64,000 nucleotides of DNA from Botryllus schlosseri (GCA_051294905.1 CM119372.1:24182001-24246000); one strand, 5' to 3'; positions 1-14,211 are shown, counted from the stretch's first letter. The notes: generated by a model not told the origin, from the letters alone. A program made the numbers and translations.

Positions 1-189
1 TTGCTACAACGACAGCAGCTGTAAGCAGGTATGTATCGTAAGCAGAGTGTTGTTGGAGTTCGATTGTGCGCGCGCGATCAGCTAATGAAAAGTAGTAGGG
101 CAGGTTTTGAGAAGTTGGATTTTGTTAATTATCATGATCAAGCCGCATCGCTCGACCCAAGTTCGTTTCCCGATGTGATTTGCAGAAAC

Positions 190-821
190 GGTTGAAGTAG
201 TCATGGTTGCTGCTCAAGTAGAAGTAGAATTAACGCTATGAATTTCTACTCAATTTCAAGTACAAGTAGCAATATTAATTGTCAAAGCTACATCAAGTAG
301 AACTGAAAAAAGACACAATGAAAATAACTTCGACAAGTAGGTTCAAAAATTATATTTCATTGATGGCGCACATATTATTCACTGTTAATCGGAATTGACC
401 AGTCTCGAAATTGCAGGGTGCAACTTCGCGACCATGTGTATGTATACCATGCGTTGCTAGGCTACATGAGCCGCTGTGGATACCGCAAAAGATGAATAAG
501 GACAAAAATAAAAACGTCCTATTCCTACCAACGCAAAATGTCCAATGATGCCATTTTTGAAACGTATCCATTTTCTGCGATACAGGGGCTCTTTCGGCCA
601 CTCGTCATAGCTATTGCATTGAGTAAATTGATGCAAGCATACACGAAAACTATTTTCCACCATACGAAATTCTAAATGCAAAAAGCAATCAGTTTTACCT
701 CGAAACCGTAAGTTAGAAGTAGAAGTCTTAGAACATTACCACTTCAGATAAGTAGTAAAAAGTTGGCGAAATCAAAAAGTAATCGAAAAAAGTAGAAGTA
801 CTTCGTTACTGACCACCTCTG
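190..821. mobile_element. Degenerate non-autonomous DNA element of the AGTAGA-rich family (right end intact)
   Basis: AAGTAG-rich subterminal repeats and terminus GTACTTCGTTACTGACCACCTCTG, shared with the elements ending at 8771, 54444 and about 62866. Confidence 0.7.
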
Positions 822-907
822 CGCGTCAGGAAGGTTGTCTGGCACAAAAACTTCAAACTATATTGCGTATCATTGAATCACAAAGCAGAATTCTGCCCGT
901 GCTCCAG

Positions 908-1078
908 GTGAAAGAAGAAGACATGGAGATCGATACGTCCTACATTCTCTTTTACGAGCGCCAGGGAATCAGCTCCGAAGACTTCATGCCGAAAACCGAA
1001 GGCGTCTCGAAAATCGACACGGCCAACATGGACGACGACTTTAATTCCGAATATAAAAAGTACTGCGCCATACAGTGA
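908..1078 (+). CDS. USP32: Terminal coding exon of a USP32-like ubiquitin-specific protease (rest of gene upstream of the window)
   Basis: CAG acceptor at 905-907, then VKEEDMEIDTSYILFYERQGISSEDFMPKTEGVSKIDTANMDDDFNSEYKKYCAIQ*. Has the USP C-terminal YILFYER motif and a tail matching my recollection of USP32 (..YILFYEQQG..FLPKTDGKK..DEDFESDYKKYCVLQ), ending in a CaaX box. Confidence 0.9.
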   Translation: MKEEDMEIDTSYILFYERQGISSEDFMPKTEGVSKIDTANMDDDFNSEYKKYCAIQ

Positions 1079-4000
1079 TCCATACCCCGCAGAATATGAG
1101 CGCCGAAAATGTGTTTCTAGATTTGCCAATTAGACGCCGGTTCGCGGGCCGCGCCACGTCGCTTCGTTACAGATTGAAAAAAAATGTCTTGTTATTTCTG
1201 TTAGCGAACACCGCGGTGTGTTTTCACCAGTGTTATTTGCGGTACGTCGAAATGTTGGCTAGGACGAGGTAATTATTTATTTCTGCTCACTGTGCTCTTC
1301 GCATGACCCGTCGGAAAAGCTCAACGTCTGCGTTTTCCGACGGGAATACCTAACCGATGGCGATACAATCCGTACTAGACCGCTACAGACTAACCGTAGT
1401 AACAGCGGTAACCATGTTTCTATCGCATGACGACTGACAAGGGCAAATAATAATCGATCAATGTTGGCAAATTTATGGTCTGAAATTTCTGAACGAGCAC
1501 TTTCATTCTTTTTGGGTGTCTTCATCTTCCTATGCCACAATCGGTTCTTTAATATTTGCAAAATTTCACCATGCGTACTTCTTGCGTGAGCAAATTCACT
1601 TCGAATCGGCTATTGCAGTCAGTTATGAATATTGTCGAGATATCAGGTTTCTTCTCAAAGAGTTACGGAACGGTTATTCTTATCATATCCCCCGAGTGTA
1701 ACTATGAGCAAAATTGTCTATGCGTTGTTCAGTCCTTAGTTAAATGTGACCGCTTGAATTGATCGAAAATCTGTCAAACCGCAGCGTGTTCGCGTTTTTT
1801 TTCGTGTGGTCTTTGTCTTGTTATTTTCGATGAGTGCCGGTCGATCCGCAATTCGATTAGTTATTATGGAAAATTTAGGAGTCTACAAAGCCCCGGTGAC
1901 GATTTGACGAGCAGACGCACGATGTCCAAGAACTAAGTGTGAACTCTTTCGTCCTTGAGAGACGATGGTATGGTTGCTCGCGCAAACTGCGAGATTTGTC
2001 ACGTTGACTGAAATAAGATCTTCACATCGTGGCCAAATCTCAATTTAGGCTAAATGATGTACAAAGCTACCTGATGACTAAAATAAAGACCGCATTAAGC
2101 TCGACTCTATTTGGGCAATTCCATGCTTGAAATGAGCTAACTCATGACTATAGAGAAGGTAGTCACAATCCCACTCAGGGGGTCTGTAAACCCCACAGAT
2201 CACGAACCATTACTCTATCAGAAAGGAAGTGTTGCGCTATGTCAGACTCGGTGCTATTTTGTCTTTTCCTTATTTCCTCGCATGATGATTTCCTTTCCGA
2301 TGAGATATAGGCTTTCGTGGAATGCCGCGATACTCGATGTTCTATGCAACTTGTGTGGTGTGTGTTCGCGGATACGTATCGGGAAAATGCAACTTAGTAA
2401 CACTGGCTTCTACGCGATCCATCGGTCATGCAGTGTTTTGATCTTTCATTGTCTATCGCAATAACCCGCATAACTGTTCCGTTCTGCTAGCGTACCCTTT
2501 ATATCGAGACCGGCGTTTTCTGCTTACAGTGATTTCAAAGGTATACACTGGCGTCGCTGATACATCGCTGGCCCGACGCCGTGTGATAAAAGTAAATCCT
2601 TAATGGTCGGAAGATGACAATAAATCGCAAATGGACCGAATTGCATGCTACCCAGTCGCTCGTGAATACATAGAATACGACATAACTCTCGCAGGGGTGT
2701 TTCGCGTAAATGCATGGGTTGTGATTTTGTGATCAAGAAGCTTCTGCATGATAAATGATACCACAAGTCCAATGGGTTGGGTGTGTACGTTGGCGGACTA
2801 GCGGCAGTTCAAGTCGGGCCTGACTCTGTTGAGAAACACTGTAAATTATTATTTTGCATTTGTAGACCCTGCTTGGCGTGATGCGCGCCGCGCTGGCTGG
2901 AAGCAGCTTTACTTTCGCGGTGCCGTTTCGACAGCTATTCGAAGTTTCGAACTATTGTAACTTTTCATTATGTCCTATTCTGATTTCTAATTGTGTGAGT
3001 AAAGATTTCGAAATAACGTCTCGAAATTCGAGTGCTTCAATGTTGTTTTTAATATCCAATTGTCGGCAGCAACTTCAAACCTTCAAAATAGCGAGGCTTG
3101 GAAATAGATAGCGTCAAAACATCTAGTGTCATAATCGTGTATCATTCAAGATGGGGAGATAATTTGCTAGAGCACTTTTCCGGAGTGTTGCAAGTTTGTT
3201 TGGGCTCCTCATCCTGTATCTTTGCACAAAAGCCCCAGTTACAGGTCGTATACGCCAGGGCTCTTCAGTCTTCAACCGGGTGTATCGTACACCCTGGGGT
3301 GTACCATAATTTTTAAATGGTGTACCACTCGGATGGGGTGTGCGAGATCCGCCCTACAATGGACTGATGACTAGCTATCACAATATATACGGAAGTTTAT
3401 GCTTCAGAACAGGTTGACAGGGTGTTCAATATTGTGCATCAACCGTACGCAGCTGATAAATGATTCCTTTTGGTGTAGAACAGGGTTTGCGATATCTGTC
3501 CAGTGGCGGCTGGTGACAATATCGGGTGGTGAAGCAAGGGGTGTATGCGATGTTAATAATCTAAATGACGTCACAATAGTGTATTCTGACGTGAAATGTG
3601 ACGTCGTGGTCGTCACACACAGTTTGTATGGTGTATAGATATTAGGCATGGTTAACTAGGCTTACGCATTTCAAATTTTAATGATATATTCATGACAGAA
3701 ATATATTAAAACTCGAAGCTTTTCGAGCTGACACTCTTCAAATTATTCGGAAGAAAATATGAAGTACAGTAGTTCATACCTGCATATTTTAACGTTTGTG
3801 TCAGTAGGCGCATTGCGCGCGGCGTGATTTCATGCAAAATGTTCAATGACGAATTCATTGAAATCTGGAATACTCATAGTGACAGCGCTGAGAATCCTGA
3901 GCACATCTACTGTAACTCATCGAGCCTATATCTTTACACATCCCGATTCTAAGAGAAGTCTCGATGCGTTTTGATGTGCTGAAACCACGCTTGGATTCTG

Positions 4001-5190
4001 CGGCTGAAATCGGGGTGGTCAATATGATATTAAAAAAGCTAGTTATTGCAGCAAAGTTGATAGTAAGCGATTTTTCAACTAAAGGAATTTTAAAAGTTCA
4101 CCACTGGTTACAACTTCGAAAAAAAGATGCATTGGAATATAAGACAGTCAACTCGCTAACCGAGTAATGTCGACGATCGGGTAATATCGAGACACCGTTT
4201 GCAGTAGAGACCACATTCTTCAGATCACGATTGCCAATTTTGTTCCAACTAGATAGACCGCCTCTGGCACCAGAACAAGGCGTCCTCGCTTATACCTCAG
4301 CTATTCATTGTTATCGAAATATGTTGGGAAAAGGGTAAGAGTGCGCTTTCCTCCCGCGTACGATTAGATCAATGGACATTGGACAATTTCTAGGCTGATA
4401 AGGACCGAGTCTCTTTACCTCTAATTATTGCTCTAAAGGAAACTGCTTAAACGGCGTACGGAGCAGAAATTCAACACGATTCATGTTCGCAATTGACCTG
4501 GCTAACAATATGCAGACATAAGACTGTAACTCGAGATATTATTGTGTATAGCCTACTGGAAAGGTCAACGAGTTCAGACACAAACGCCATTGTTATCTCA
4601 TGGATTGGGCCTGTCGTATTGAATCCAACACATCATTCTAAATTTGAAGAAGTAAGACGAAAGCAGCCTCGGAATTTCGGCCCCGGAACAACTTAGAGGA
4701 GATTTTGGCCTTGAAACTGGAGACTGTGACATAACGCAAATGGCTTACTGTCTAGAAGTCTGCTGCTAAATCGGCATTGGAAAATATATTACCGAATAGA
4801 TACGTGAATAAAAGCTGTAAACTTAGTACACTGTTACATGACATCATCGAGAAGTAGCCTCATGACCCTTTTCGGTATGGTACTGTCAAAATTAATACGA
4901 ACAGCCTGTTCGGAACAGACCAACAGCGAATTTTGCGTAAAATTTACTGAGGAATAGGCTGATCAAGTGATCAGCAGTTAGCCGTCATCGAAAACGAAAT
5001 AGCTTCGCGCTTGACAGGGGGTTGTCAGCAAATGGCTTGAAGGCCACAATTTCACGGTGAAATTGACATTGGAGAATATAAAGTAAAAGTAAATATTTGA
5101 ATGCAAAACGAGAATGTTAGTTAACAGTTTCATGATATCATCGTCTCATCACCTATCTCAGTATGAAACACAGTTAACGTTAGCATAGAC

Positions 5191-6457
5191 CAGGGGTTCT
5201 CAACTTTCCTTGCATAACGGGCCGCATCTTAACAGCAAAAACCGCTGCGGGCCGCAGAACATTATTACGGTATATTTGTGGACTACTATTATATTTACGC
5301 TAATATAGCCTATTTACCAGTCGTATAGGTGCATTTAGTATATTTGTATGCATTCTACAGCATTAATGGACAGCGTTCGTAAGCTTTCAGTTGCTGTTTC
5401 TAGTGAGATTATGTCATCTTCCGACGGAACAAGTAAATCCTTTCATGAAGCGTGCATTGCATTAGTTCCCAAGTCGGTATGTGCAGATTGTGCATGTGCA
5501 CCTTCAAACCCTTGCACCAGAGAACTGAACTCTCTGTTTCAATGCGTGAGCGAGCAAGTATAAAATTACATTAACTTTTTCGTTACAGAGGCCATTGTCA
5601 CTTTGAGCTCTGAGTGATATGAGAAGGAGTCTCATGTTCGGGGTAATTTCTGAGCAAACCAATCAACCCTTCATTTTTCCTTCCATGGCTGATGCCCTGC
5701 ACCAATAGTTACAGAAGTCAGCTTTGTCAAGTTGATGGTGTTTGCTAGTCCCCTCTCCCCACGTTTGCCCGGCCAGCATTACGTCTACAAATATGTCCAC
5801 TCCGATATAATACTCCAATACAATTAGCGTTGCAATGTCCGTGGATTTTGTCCAATGCTAGGTTAAAGTAGTCTACGCGCAACGTGTTTCAAAACATGCG
5901 GCAAAAGATCAACTGACATTGCTGTTGCTCTTCTTGTTACGGTTGAATCAGACAACTGCTGCAGCTTCGAAATTTGTTAGGTGAAGTTGTCCTTGCTGCT
6001 AAATTCTGGAAACAGCGGAGATTGGCACAGTATAGTAACGTTTTGTTGAAAACACACCCTTTCTAGCAGATTTCATGGGTTTAGCGTTTTGAACCATGCG
6101 CCTTTAACGTGGTCGGCAATCTCGACAATGCCTCAAATATCGATTGCTGGGCCTGAGACCTATCTAGCAACGCTTTTTTCTAAGATCAGGTAATATGCAT
6201 AACTACAGATGGAACTGTCCGAAGACCTATTCAAAACAATAAGAATCTAAACTCGACCATATATTAAGAAAGCAGAACACATTGAAGAATGAGAATAAAT
6301 CAAACGAAACAAAGACGGTGCGATAAGAGAGCTTAAGTAGCTAAATTAATATGTAACAATACTGTGCCGGTAGTAATTGCAATCATATTGAAAGATCTCG
6401 CGGGCCGCAGAATAAGCGTCTGCGGGCCGCATGCGGGCCGCGGGTTGAGAACCCCTG
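5191..6457. mobile_element. Non-autonomous hAT-type element (MITE)
   Basis: TIRs CAGGGGTTCTCAAC / GTTGAGAACCCCTG, GCGGGCCGC subterminal motifs, perfect 8-bp TSD GCATAGAC (5183-5190 and 6458-6465). Confidence 0.92.
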
Positions 6458-6469
6458 GCATAGACAGAC

Positions 6470-7100
6470 ACACCGGCTTTAGCGTGAAATCCTCAATGCG
6501 TTAGGTAGGCTATAGTGTCAGATCGGCGCACATCACTACCATACTCGACCTCAATAACGAAATTACTGCCCTAATCATTGAGTGTCAACCTTGAGACTTG
6601 GCACAGCGTTCGATACTAAAATCAAGACATACCGTGCAAAGGCTCATGACAGATCTAGGTAAGGAGCATCGTTAAAATCAATAGAGACCAATTCCGGCTT
6701 TGCGTAAAATCTGTTGGCGATAAATGACGAGTCAGCTCTCACTCGACTTTGGAAACGAAATTACCACTACATAGTTCAGTGACAAACTTGAAACTTAGTA
6801 GCCTACAACGTTCGATACTGACATCAAGACTTACCGTGTCAAATGTCATGACCGATCTCGGTATGGAACATCGTCAAAATCAATGGACTGGACACCAATA
6901 CCGGCTTTCGAGTAAAATCTGTTTGCGATACATGACGGATCAGCACACACTCAATTTCGGAAACGGAATTACTACCCTAATCTTAAAGTACCAACCCTGA
7001 AACTTGGGGCAGTGTTAAATACCACCATCACGACATAACACACCAAGTTTCAAGAATTATTTTGGTGTGAAACACCGTCAAAATGGACCTATACCAGCAA
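6470..7100. repeat. Degenerate tandem repeat, unit about 200-220 bp, three clear copies; weaker copies at about 4680-5180
   Basis: Recurring CCGGCTTT..GTAAAATC (about 6473, 6694, 6901), AATTAC..CTTGAAACTT and CATGAC.GATCT.GGTA.GGA.CATCGT.AAAATCAAT blocks. Confidence 0.7.
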
Positions 7101-7497
7101 ATATCGACTCAACGCCATATGACGGTAAGTCGGTAACCGAGTTCATATATAGATTCGATTGTTACATCACACCTTAAGGGCAACCAGGCTATGTTGCCCC
7201 ACCTGCTCGGTAATTTTATGAATAGGAGAGGGTAAATCACCGTTTCTTTATCGTGCGCGGCTTTGAGAGAATAGACAGTGAAAGCTTGTTTTGAGCGCTA
7301 CCGGGGCATGCCCCGGCTAGGCATTCGCAAAGCGAAAACACGGAAGAGAATTCGATTTTCGCAGAGACTTCGCTATATATGGGCATTTACAAGCGAAAGC
7401 ACAAGAAGAATGCGATTTTCGCTGTGATTTCGGTAGATATTGATTGTTGTGCGTCTATAAATGATAAATAATTGTTATTGAACCGAATTTTGGCCCG

Positions 7498-8771
7498 CAG
7501 AGATGGTCAAAGTAGTCAAGAAAGCTACTCAAGTAGAAGTAGAAGTAGCTGCGAAAAAATCTACTCAAGTACGAGTAGAAGTACTTCTTCCGTAAGCCAC
7601 CTAAAACTACTTGAAGTAGAAGTAGAATTGACTGACTTTAAATCTACTCAAGTAAAGTAGTTTTGAAAACAGTCTTAATTCGTTCACATGGACTGTCAAA
7701 AGCTGCAAATTGAGCTATGCGGAAGGTGCAGAGAGCTTGATTCGTATTGATGCATCCCAGGAGGTACCAATTTTCGACAGAATATACATTCTTTCGTATC
7801 ATGGGATGAAAATTATAGTATTGATATGAAAATGAGATACTAACCCTTTGTTTCCTAGAAAACCCTGTTTTAGACAATATCATGACATGGCGCCCTACCC
7901 ATATTATGAGGTCCCAAGTTTAGGCGAAGAGCAATACGGAGATGTTGTATCGGATACGGTTTCAACACTTTGCGCGATTAGTTTACGTTAATAACTAATA
8001 TTGTGGTTCGTAAAATTTATATTTAGTATAGCTTTATTTTTGGAAAATAGAGGCATTACTATACACTTGCTTTTATGCTTCAACATGTATCTTCTGCAGA
8101 CAAAAGAACTGAAAGTATGATACTCGGAATTCAAAGTGAAATACAAATACCACTTCTAAAAAGCGGAGAATACATTTCATGTCTTTTGTCCATAAAACTT
8201 CAAAGATGATCTACTAAAACAGGTGTAACGTTCCAAAAAGCCGGATTTTCCAGATTAGCAGGACACGTCATGGGCTGCTAGATAACGATAGGATAGGTAA
8301 TTGCTAAATTGCGAAACGGTAGTTTCAAACGTTATGGTGGGCCATATTCACTGTGATGAAATATTGGATATGGGCGACAATGCGGTGTGAGCGGAACCAT
8401 TAGCAACCCGGTACCTAAATTATATTCACTAATTCGTTCGTGAAAACATATTTGTCACTCTATAGCTACTGTGCGCAAATCGCAGCAAAATTTCTGGGCT
8501 TTACTTGACTTTTATGAATATTAAATGTTGGTACTCTGTGAAAACAGCCTCGAAATTCCTCAGGCTATCTTTCGTATTGGGGTATTAAACTACTTCTACT
8601 TGACAAACTTAAAATAGAGAAAAGTAAGTAAGTAGATCACAAAATATTACGAAGTAGAAGTAGGAGTAGAGAAAATCAGATCTACTTGAGTAAGTACCAG
8701 AAGTAGAGGAAAACTACTTGAGTACTTCCAGAAAGTAGAAGTACTTCGTTACTGACCAGTGACCACCTCTG
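7498..8771. mobile_element. Non-autonomous hAT-type element, AGTAGA-rich family
   Basis: Ends CAGAGATGGTCA / TGACCACCTCTG; colinear with 52836-54444; no TSD found. Confidence 0.85.
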
Positions 8772-9896
8772 CATATAACGCAATTTTAGTAGTCAATTAT
8801 AAAGCCACGCGCATCCGCTATTACAGGGGCGGGCAACATATGGCCCGAGGGCCGTATCTGGCAATAACGACGGGATTTTGAGCGGCCCGCAGACACTTTC
8901 CGGTCTGGCATGATAATATGGCCCGGGGGTCTACAACTCTACATACATGTGCGAGCAAATATTTTCGAACATGAACTAAGATAAAGCTGTGTTATAATCT
9001 GCTGTGTTACAGTCCAACTCAATATTTCTCAAACTGGTGGGCATGAAAGCATCTGAAGGGGGCGCGAAGCTGTGATCATCTGAATTTTTTCGCGCTTCGC
9101 CCAATTTGCCTCCAATTCGTAGATATTGCTCTGTATATAGCCCGAACTTCATGTTTGAGATTTCTCTCATCAACAGTCATAACCTTCCTTATCATCAAAC
9201 TATCCGTTAGGGTTGCAAGAATTTTGGTCGCAGTTCGTGATATGACGTTAAGGGGGCGGAATTTGTGACTATAATAAAGGAAGGCGTGACTAAAAAAAAG
9301 TTAGGAACCGCTGATCTAACTGATGCTCACGTGCAGTCTTCACTAAGGGCTTTTAAGTCCGACCTACGGTTACAGTTCAAATAACTCATTGACAACTTTG
9401 CTCGACCACGACCACAGATGCCTCATTGAATTCAAGAGCTATTGAAGTACATTACGTCAAAAATTCATTGAACACTGGTGTAAGTCTCCATGCTTTAAAC
9501 TTGAAATATAGGCGGATAAATCCGCGAATAATGTTTCGATTCCGGAATCTGGCCCGCGAAGTTTGCTACTTTGTTTTACCATATCGGGCCCGCATGCAGA
9601 GGCCGAGTTTTCCATTCCATATGCTTGGATCATACGGTCTCAAAGTTCTTGGAATATCGTGCGACAAGACATTTCACGGAGGTCACATCGTAAATAGTGA
9701 CATATTACGCACTAGCGCTTTTCAATACAACTATTCTAACGAGCTAAAATTTCAAACCCCGTATTCCGGATTTATGCCAAGTCCAATTACACTATGAAGC
9801 AAAAATGTTTCTTTGTCCTTGGAAAATAATTGCCATGTAAAGTTAGCATATGCCAAAAATATGAAAATCTGATCTATAGCAATATGCTTTTCAATA

Positions 9897-11202
9897 TAGG
9901 GGCGGTGTGGACTTGAGGTTTACGTTCGCGTTCGGTGAGTGAACCTCGGAAATTTGGAGTTTTCCGATCGCAAACGAACCTTGGTAGTTTATACACTGTG
10001 TAACTTTTTTCCATATATTACAATTTTTCACGACATTATAAGTTTATAACATCTTTGGATTGAATTATTTGAATTTCAACTTCGGTCCGCTCGTCCATGC
10101 ATGACGCTGACAGCATGGAAATAAACTCAACAATATACGAGCATGCATTTTGCCTGTTTCAAAAAATATTTGCTTTGTTAGAAAGTTAGCTCGAAATATT
10201 CAGCTTTGCGTTTGTGAATATTGATTGACTCTCTGCAGTGAGATTTCCCCGCAATCACATAAAATAACAAGACCGAGGTACATGCGGGTAATCAGAGAAT
10301 TGTGCTTAAATATTCAATGAATCAATTATTTACATCAACGAAATTGATATAAAGCATGCAGAATTTCAACTTCGGTCCGCTCGTCCATGCATGACGCTGA
10401 CAGCATGGAAATAAACTCAACAATATACGAGCATGCATTTTGCCTGTTTCAAAAAATATTTGCTTTGTTAGAAAGTTAGCTCGAAATATTCAGCTTTGCG
10501 TTTGTGAATATTGATTGACTCTCTGCAGTGAGATTTCCCCGCAATCACATAAAATAACAAGACCGAGGTACATGCGGGTAATCAGAGAATTGTGCTTAAA
10601 TATTCAATGAATCAATTATTTACATCAACGAAATTGATATAAAGCATGCATCGCTGTCTACTGTAAAAAATCTAGCAAGCATATTTATTTTATCATAAAA
10701 ATCAACTTCGTCCGATTGGGGGTGCTAATGGCTACTGCATAATTTATTGTGAGGTAATATCCGTCGCTAATACATAAACGGTTTTGCACTCCGATCAATA
10801 TCAATGTAGCAATAGTCTGACTGCGCCTATAAAGAACATCTTGGGCGCCCTATAGCATAGACCATTAATGAGTAAGCCTATATTTCTTTACTCGATATTG
10901 TTGTCAAAGCGACGGAAGATATCGATTTCATGGAATTAGTATAGCATTTGATTGTTCCAGTTGAACATATGGTGATGCTTAAAATTTGAGCTTGTGCTTT
11001 AGCCTTGAGGCATAACGTGGCCTGAGTCGTCGCTAGGTATCGTTACATTACTATATTACTTCGCGGAAATGTAAGGTTGCAATTAGCCTTATGACGTCAC
11101 GTGACACCGTAGGTTCGTGTTCATGTTCACGTTCACATAGAATTTCTAAAAAGGTTCGCGTTCAAACGAACCGGAACCTTTCAGGGATACGCATTATCCC
11201 TA
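9897..11202. mobile_element. MITE of the TAGGGATGGTGTGAAC family with an internal tandem duplication
   Basis: Colinear with 33093-34082; degenerate termini TAGGGGCGGTGTG / CATTATCCCTA. Confidence 0.8.
10071..10650. repeat. Tandem duplication, 2 x 290 bp
   Basis: 10071-10360 is repeated at 10361-10650 with no difference that I could see. Confidence 0.95.
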
Positions 11203-11632
11203 TACCTTACAAGCAGTGGGGTGGTACGCACCTGAGCGGGTGAAAAAATGCAGAACGGTTGGCAAGCGATGGTGCGGATGAAAGTCGCGCATATATTTTA
11301 CTTTTTCTTACGTGGAATAATTCAAATAATTTTTAACAACTTGTCGGACTTACGACGAAGCGAAAATTGTAACTTTCACAATAATTATAGTATCGCGCCA
11401 GCCCCTAGTGAATTAACATTTGCGCACTATTATTATTACCTATAGTTGAAAGTGTGGTTCGAAACAGTCTAAAGACCTCGCCGCACCAAAAGGTCTTGTA
11501 AAAAACCCCACAACTTTTTTGACCGAAAGGGGCTTCAGTGCATTAGTTGCCGTCAAAACGAGGAAGCGGAGTTTTCTTCACGATCAGGCAGTTGGTGACC
11601 CAATGACGGGGGCTTTGAAGATGGGTCTAACT

Positions 11633-12807
11633 CAGGGGTGGGCAAACTTTTGAGCTCGCGGGCCGCATTCAACATTTGAATCCATTCGCGGGCCGCACTA
11701 TATAAAACTGGGATTATAAACCAAAACGCAATATTGGTATTTGATTATATAGTGAGGACATGGAGATGCTTATTTGAAACAAACCAAGCATTGCTATGAT
11801 GATATCGTACACGCGCCAGAAACAGTGGCGAGATTTCATAGGCTGGTCGACCACAATAACCAAATTTGTCAAAACTATAGAGATGTAAGTCGCGGTCCCG
11901 ATTCTTAGAACAGGATTGAAATTAAAATCTGTCAGCAGTGATCTGTTCATAGATTTGCTAATTCCACTTTTGTTTCAGTTCCAGGACACACGATGCTGAC
12001 ATGCTCATAAGCATGTGAGCTTCAAACACGATTCTACTGTGTAGATAAAATATTTAATACCCTCATTCTCGGCATACAGAGAACGAATCTACCTAAGACA
12101 AGCGCGAATCGTTTTTTTATAACCACATCAATGAAAAAATTAAAACTGGAGTGACCAATCTGAAATCACATTCGTGATCCGAATTACGTCAATCTCGTTT
12201 AGGATTTCTGTGATTGTTAGCAGCTGAGACCATTCAAACTGCGTGAGCTTCAAAATCGGGCTGTCGCGCCAGACATTAAACATAAAATATAATATAGGAA
12301 GTCTTTACCTTAGAACAGTGGTTCTCAAACTTTGCAAGACACGCCCCTTATGATGATGAAAGATATCGCGTCCCATTTATCGTCATATCACAAAACGAAA
12401 CCAGGATGCTAGCAAACCTAGCGGATAGTTTGATGGCATGGAAGGCCACGACTATGGATGAGAGATTTTTAAAGATGAAATTTAGACTAAATACAGAGCA
12501 ACAAACGTGAATTGGAAGTAAATCGCGCAGAGCGCGAAAAAATTTGTCAGTTGATCTCAGCTTTGCGCTTTTCTTCAGATGCTTTCACGCCCGCAAGGTG
12601 GGCGTGCCCCCCATGCAGTTTGAGAACCACTTCCTTAAAAATATCATGGTGAAATATGCTAAAAAGTTTAATCAAGTCCCTGCGTTAATTCGATTTTTAG
12701 TACGGATTTATCAATATTTTTAATAAGTTTCTTTAGACTCTCGCGGGCCGCACAGAACGGTGTTGCGGGCCGCATGCGGCCCGCGGGCCGTAGTTTGCCC
12801 ACCCCTG
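11633..12807. mobile_element. Non-autonomous hAT-type element with a nested MITE
   Basis: TIRs CAGGGGTGGGCAAAC / GTTTGCCCACCCCTG, perfect TSD GTCTAACT (11625-11632, 12808-12815). A partial copy of the right end lies at about 26310-26456. Confidence 0.92.
12316..12632. mobile_element. Small hAT-type MITE nested in 11633-12807
   Basis: CAGTGGTTCTCAAAC / GTTTGAGAACCACTT termini; TSD CCTTAGAA vs CCTTAAAA (7/8). Confidence 0.8.
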
Positions 12808-13207
12808 GTCTAACTGGTCACTGGTCTGAAATTGCCAGAAATATTCGGCATTAACAGCGTCATTGATAAACCTGTAGCCCGCATGTTCGACAATTTAATA
12901 CACGAGTGTTATCGCTCTTCTATTTCTTTTTTGATAAGGATTCCGGTTGGTTTATTTGGATGAAATTTTGCAAAATTAAAGTGCAAATGGCTCTCAAAAA
13001 GATTGAAAATCACTGCTTTTCATACATGTTTATGTTAGTCGTAGTGCATAAAAGCATTCCTAAAAACGGACAGAATATCCAATATTGTATCTTTAAGTGT
13101 CTTGTTTGGTCCAGATTCTGTACGTGAGGAGTCTATCCTGCAAAATCGAAAAAAATCCAAGTTATCAGATGACTGGGTCACGTATTACTAGATTTATGAA
13201 CACATTA

Positions 13208-13419
13208 TCACCCTTGGACAGTTGCTTCGTTGATAGCAGAGTTACGCGTGGTTGTGACCCGATCCAGTGAGCACATATCGTCCCAGTTGCAATCATTCGG
13301 GTCATTATAGCCGAAGTACTCCAATGCCGCTTTCAAGTCCAACATGCCATGACTAACTGGATTTTTCAGAGGTAACGGCACTGGCCTCTCGTTGTGAAAT
13401 ACTTGGAGCTTCTTTGCGA
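13208..13419 (-). CDS. MINPP1: MINPP1-like histidine phosphatase, exon 8 (terminal)
   Basis: CTAACAG acceptor, phase 1 matches exon 7; KKLQVFHNERPVPLP...CNWDDMC...VQG* resembles the MINPP1 C-terminus (VQMLLNE..LPL, two late Cys). Confidence 0.85.
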
Positions 13420-14211
13420 CTGTTAGTGGAAAGATCATGAGAATAATACATGCAAACGCCACCGCCATGCGTCACCCATGGCTAAATTTGGTCACACACC
13501 TGAACTGGTGATGAAAACTCAATTGTATGTGTAATGTACGCCTACCGGAAACTGCAGTAAATTTAAAGATATGTTAATGAGGTTGTTGTTCTACTTATTA
13601 TAATATAAATACTGGTGACGATAGAACGCGACTATACGATACGCAGAATATGTGCCACACGCTATGCGATGCTGGTGACGTATTGCAAGTGATTATAGCT
13701 GCATTATGAAATATTGTGTACATACAATCTTAAAAACAGTGTCTCTCACACATGCCATCTAATAAATAGACTGTTAACTTAAAGCTGATTCTTTTAATCC
13801 ATCCCTAGGAAACGCATTAATTTTCGACCGCATTACTTGTGATGCTGTTGTCAGGTTATTTTGACGTCTGTTGTCCTTTTTACGCTGGGCTTGCATTTTT
13901 ATTGACTATTCCTCAGCTGACGACTTATAACACGCCCCGCTTCGATTCGAGGTTCTGTGAGACACCACATCTCATGTGAATCGAATGGCGAGAAGTAGCT
14001 TGAATAAACCTACTATATTTGGTAAAAACTGATGCAGTCGACCTTGGTCGAACTCATATCCATCTACAAATTAGTCTTGCAGCATTGTAATATGACAGTT
14101 CTCTACCCGTCACCGTCTCATTGTGGTGTATTATATGGTAGCGCAACCACGAATGTTAATAATACAACTGATTATTTCTCTTTCTATCGCTAGCTGACCG
14201 AACAAACTTAC

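Noticed and set aside
2900..3270. Minus-strand Cys-rich open stretch (TCNWGFCAK...)
   Set aside because: Short, no consistent splice structure and no recognisable family.
13208..13468. ORF resembling a secreted protein or MMP pro-domain with a signal peptide
   Set aside because: The hydrophobic leader is intronic; the part after the acceptor at 13420 is the in-phase last exon of the MINPP1-like gene.
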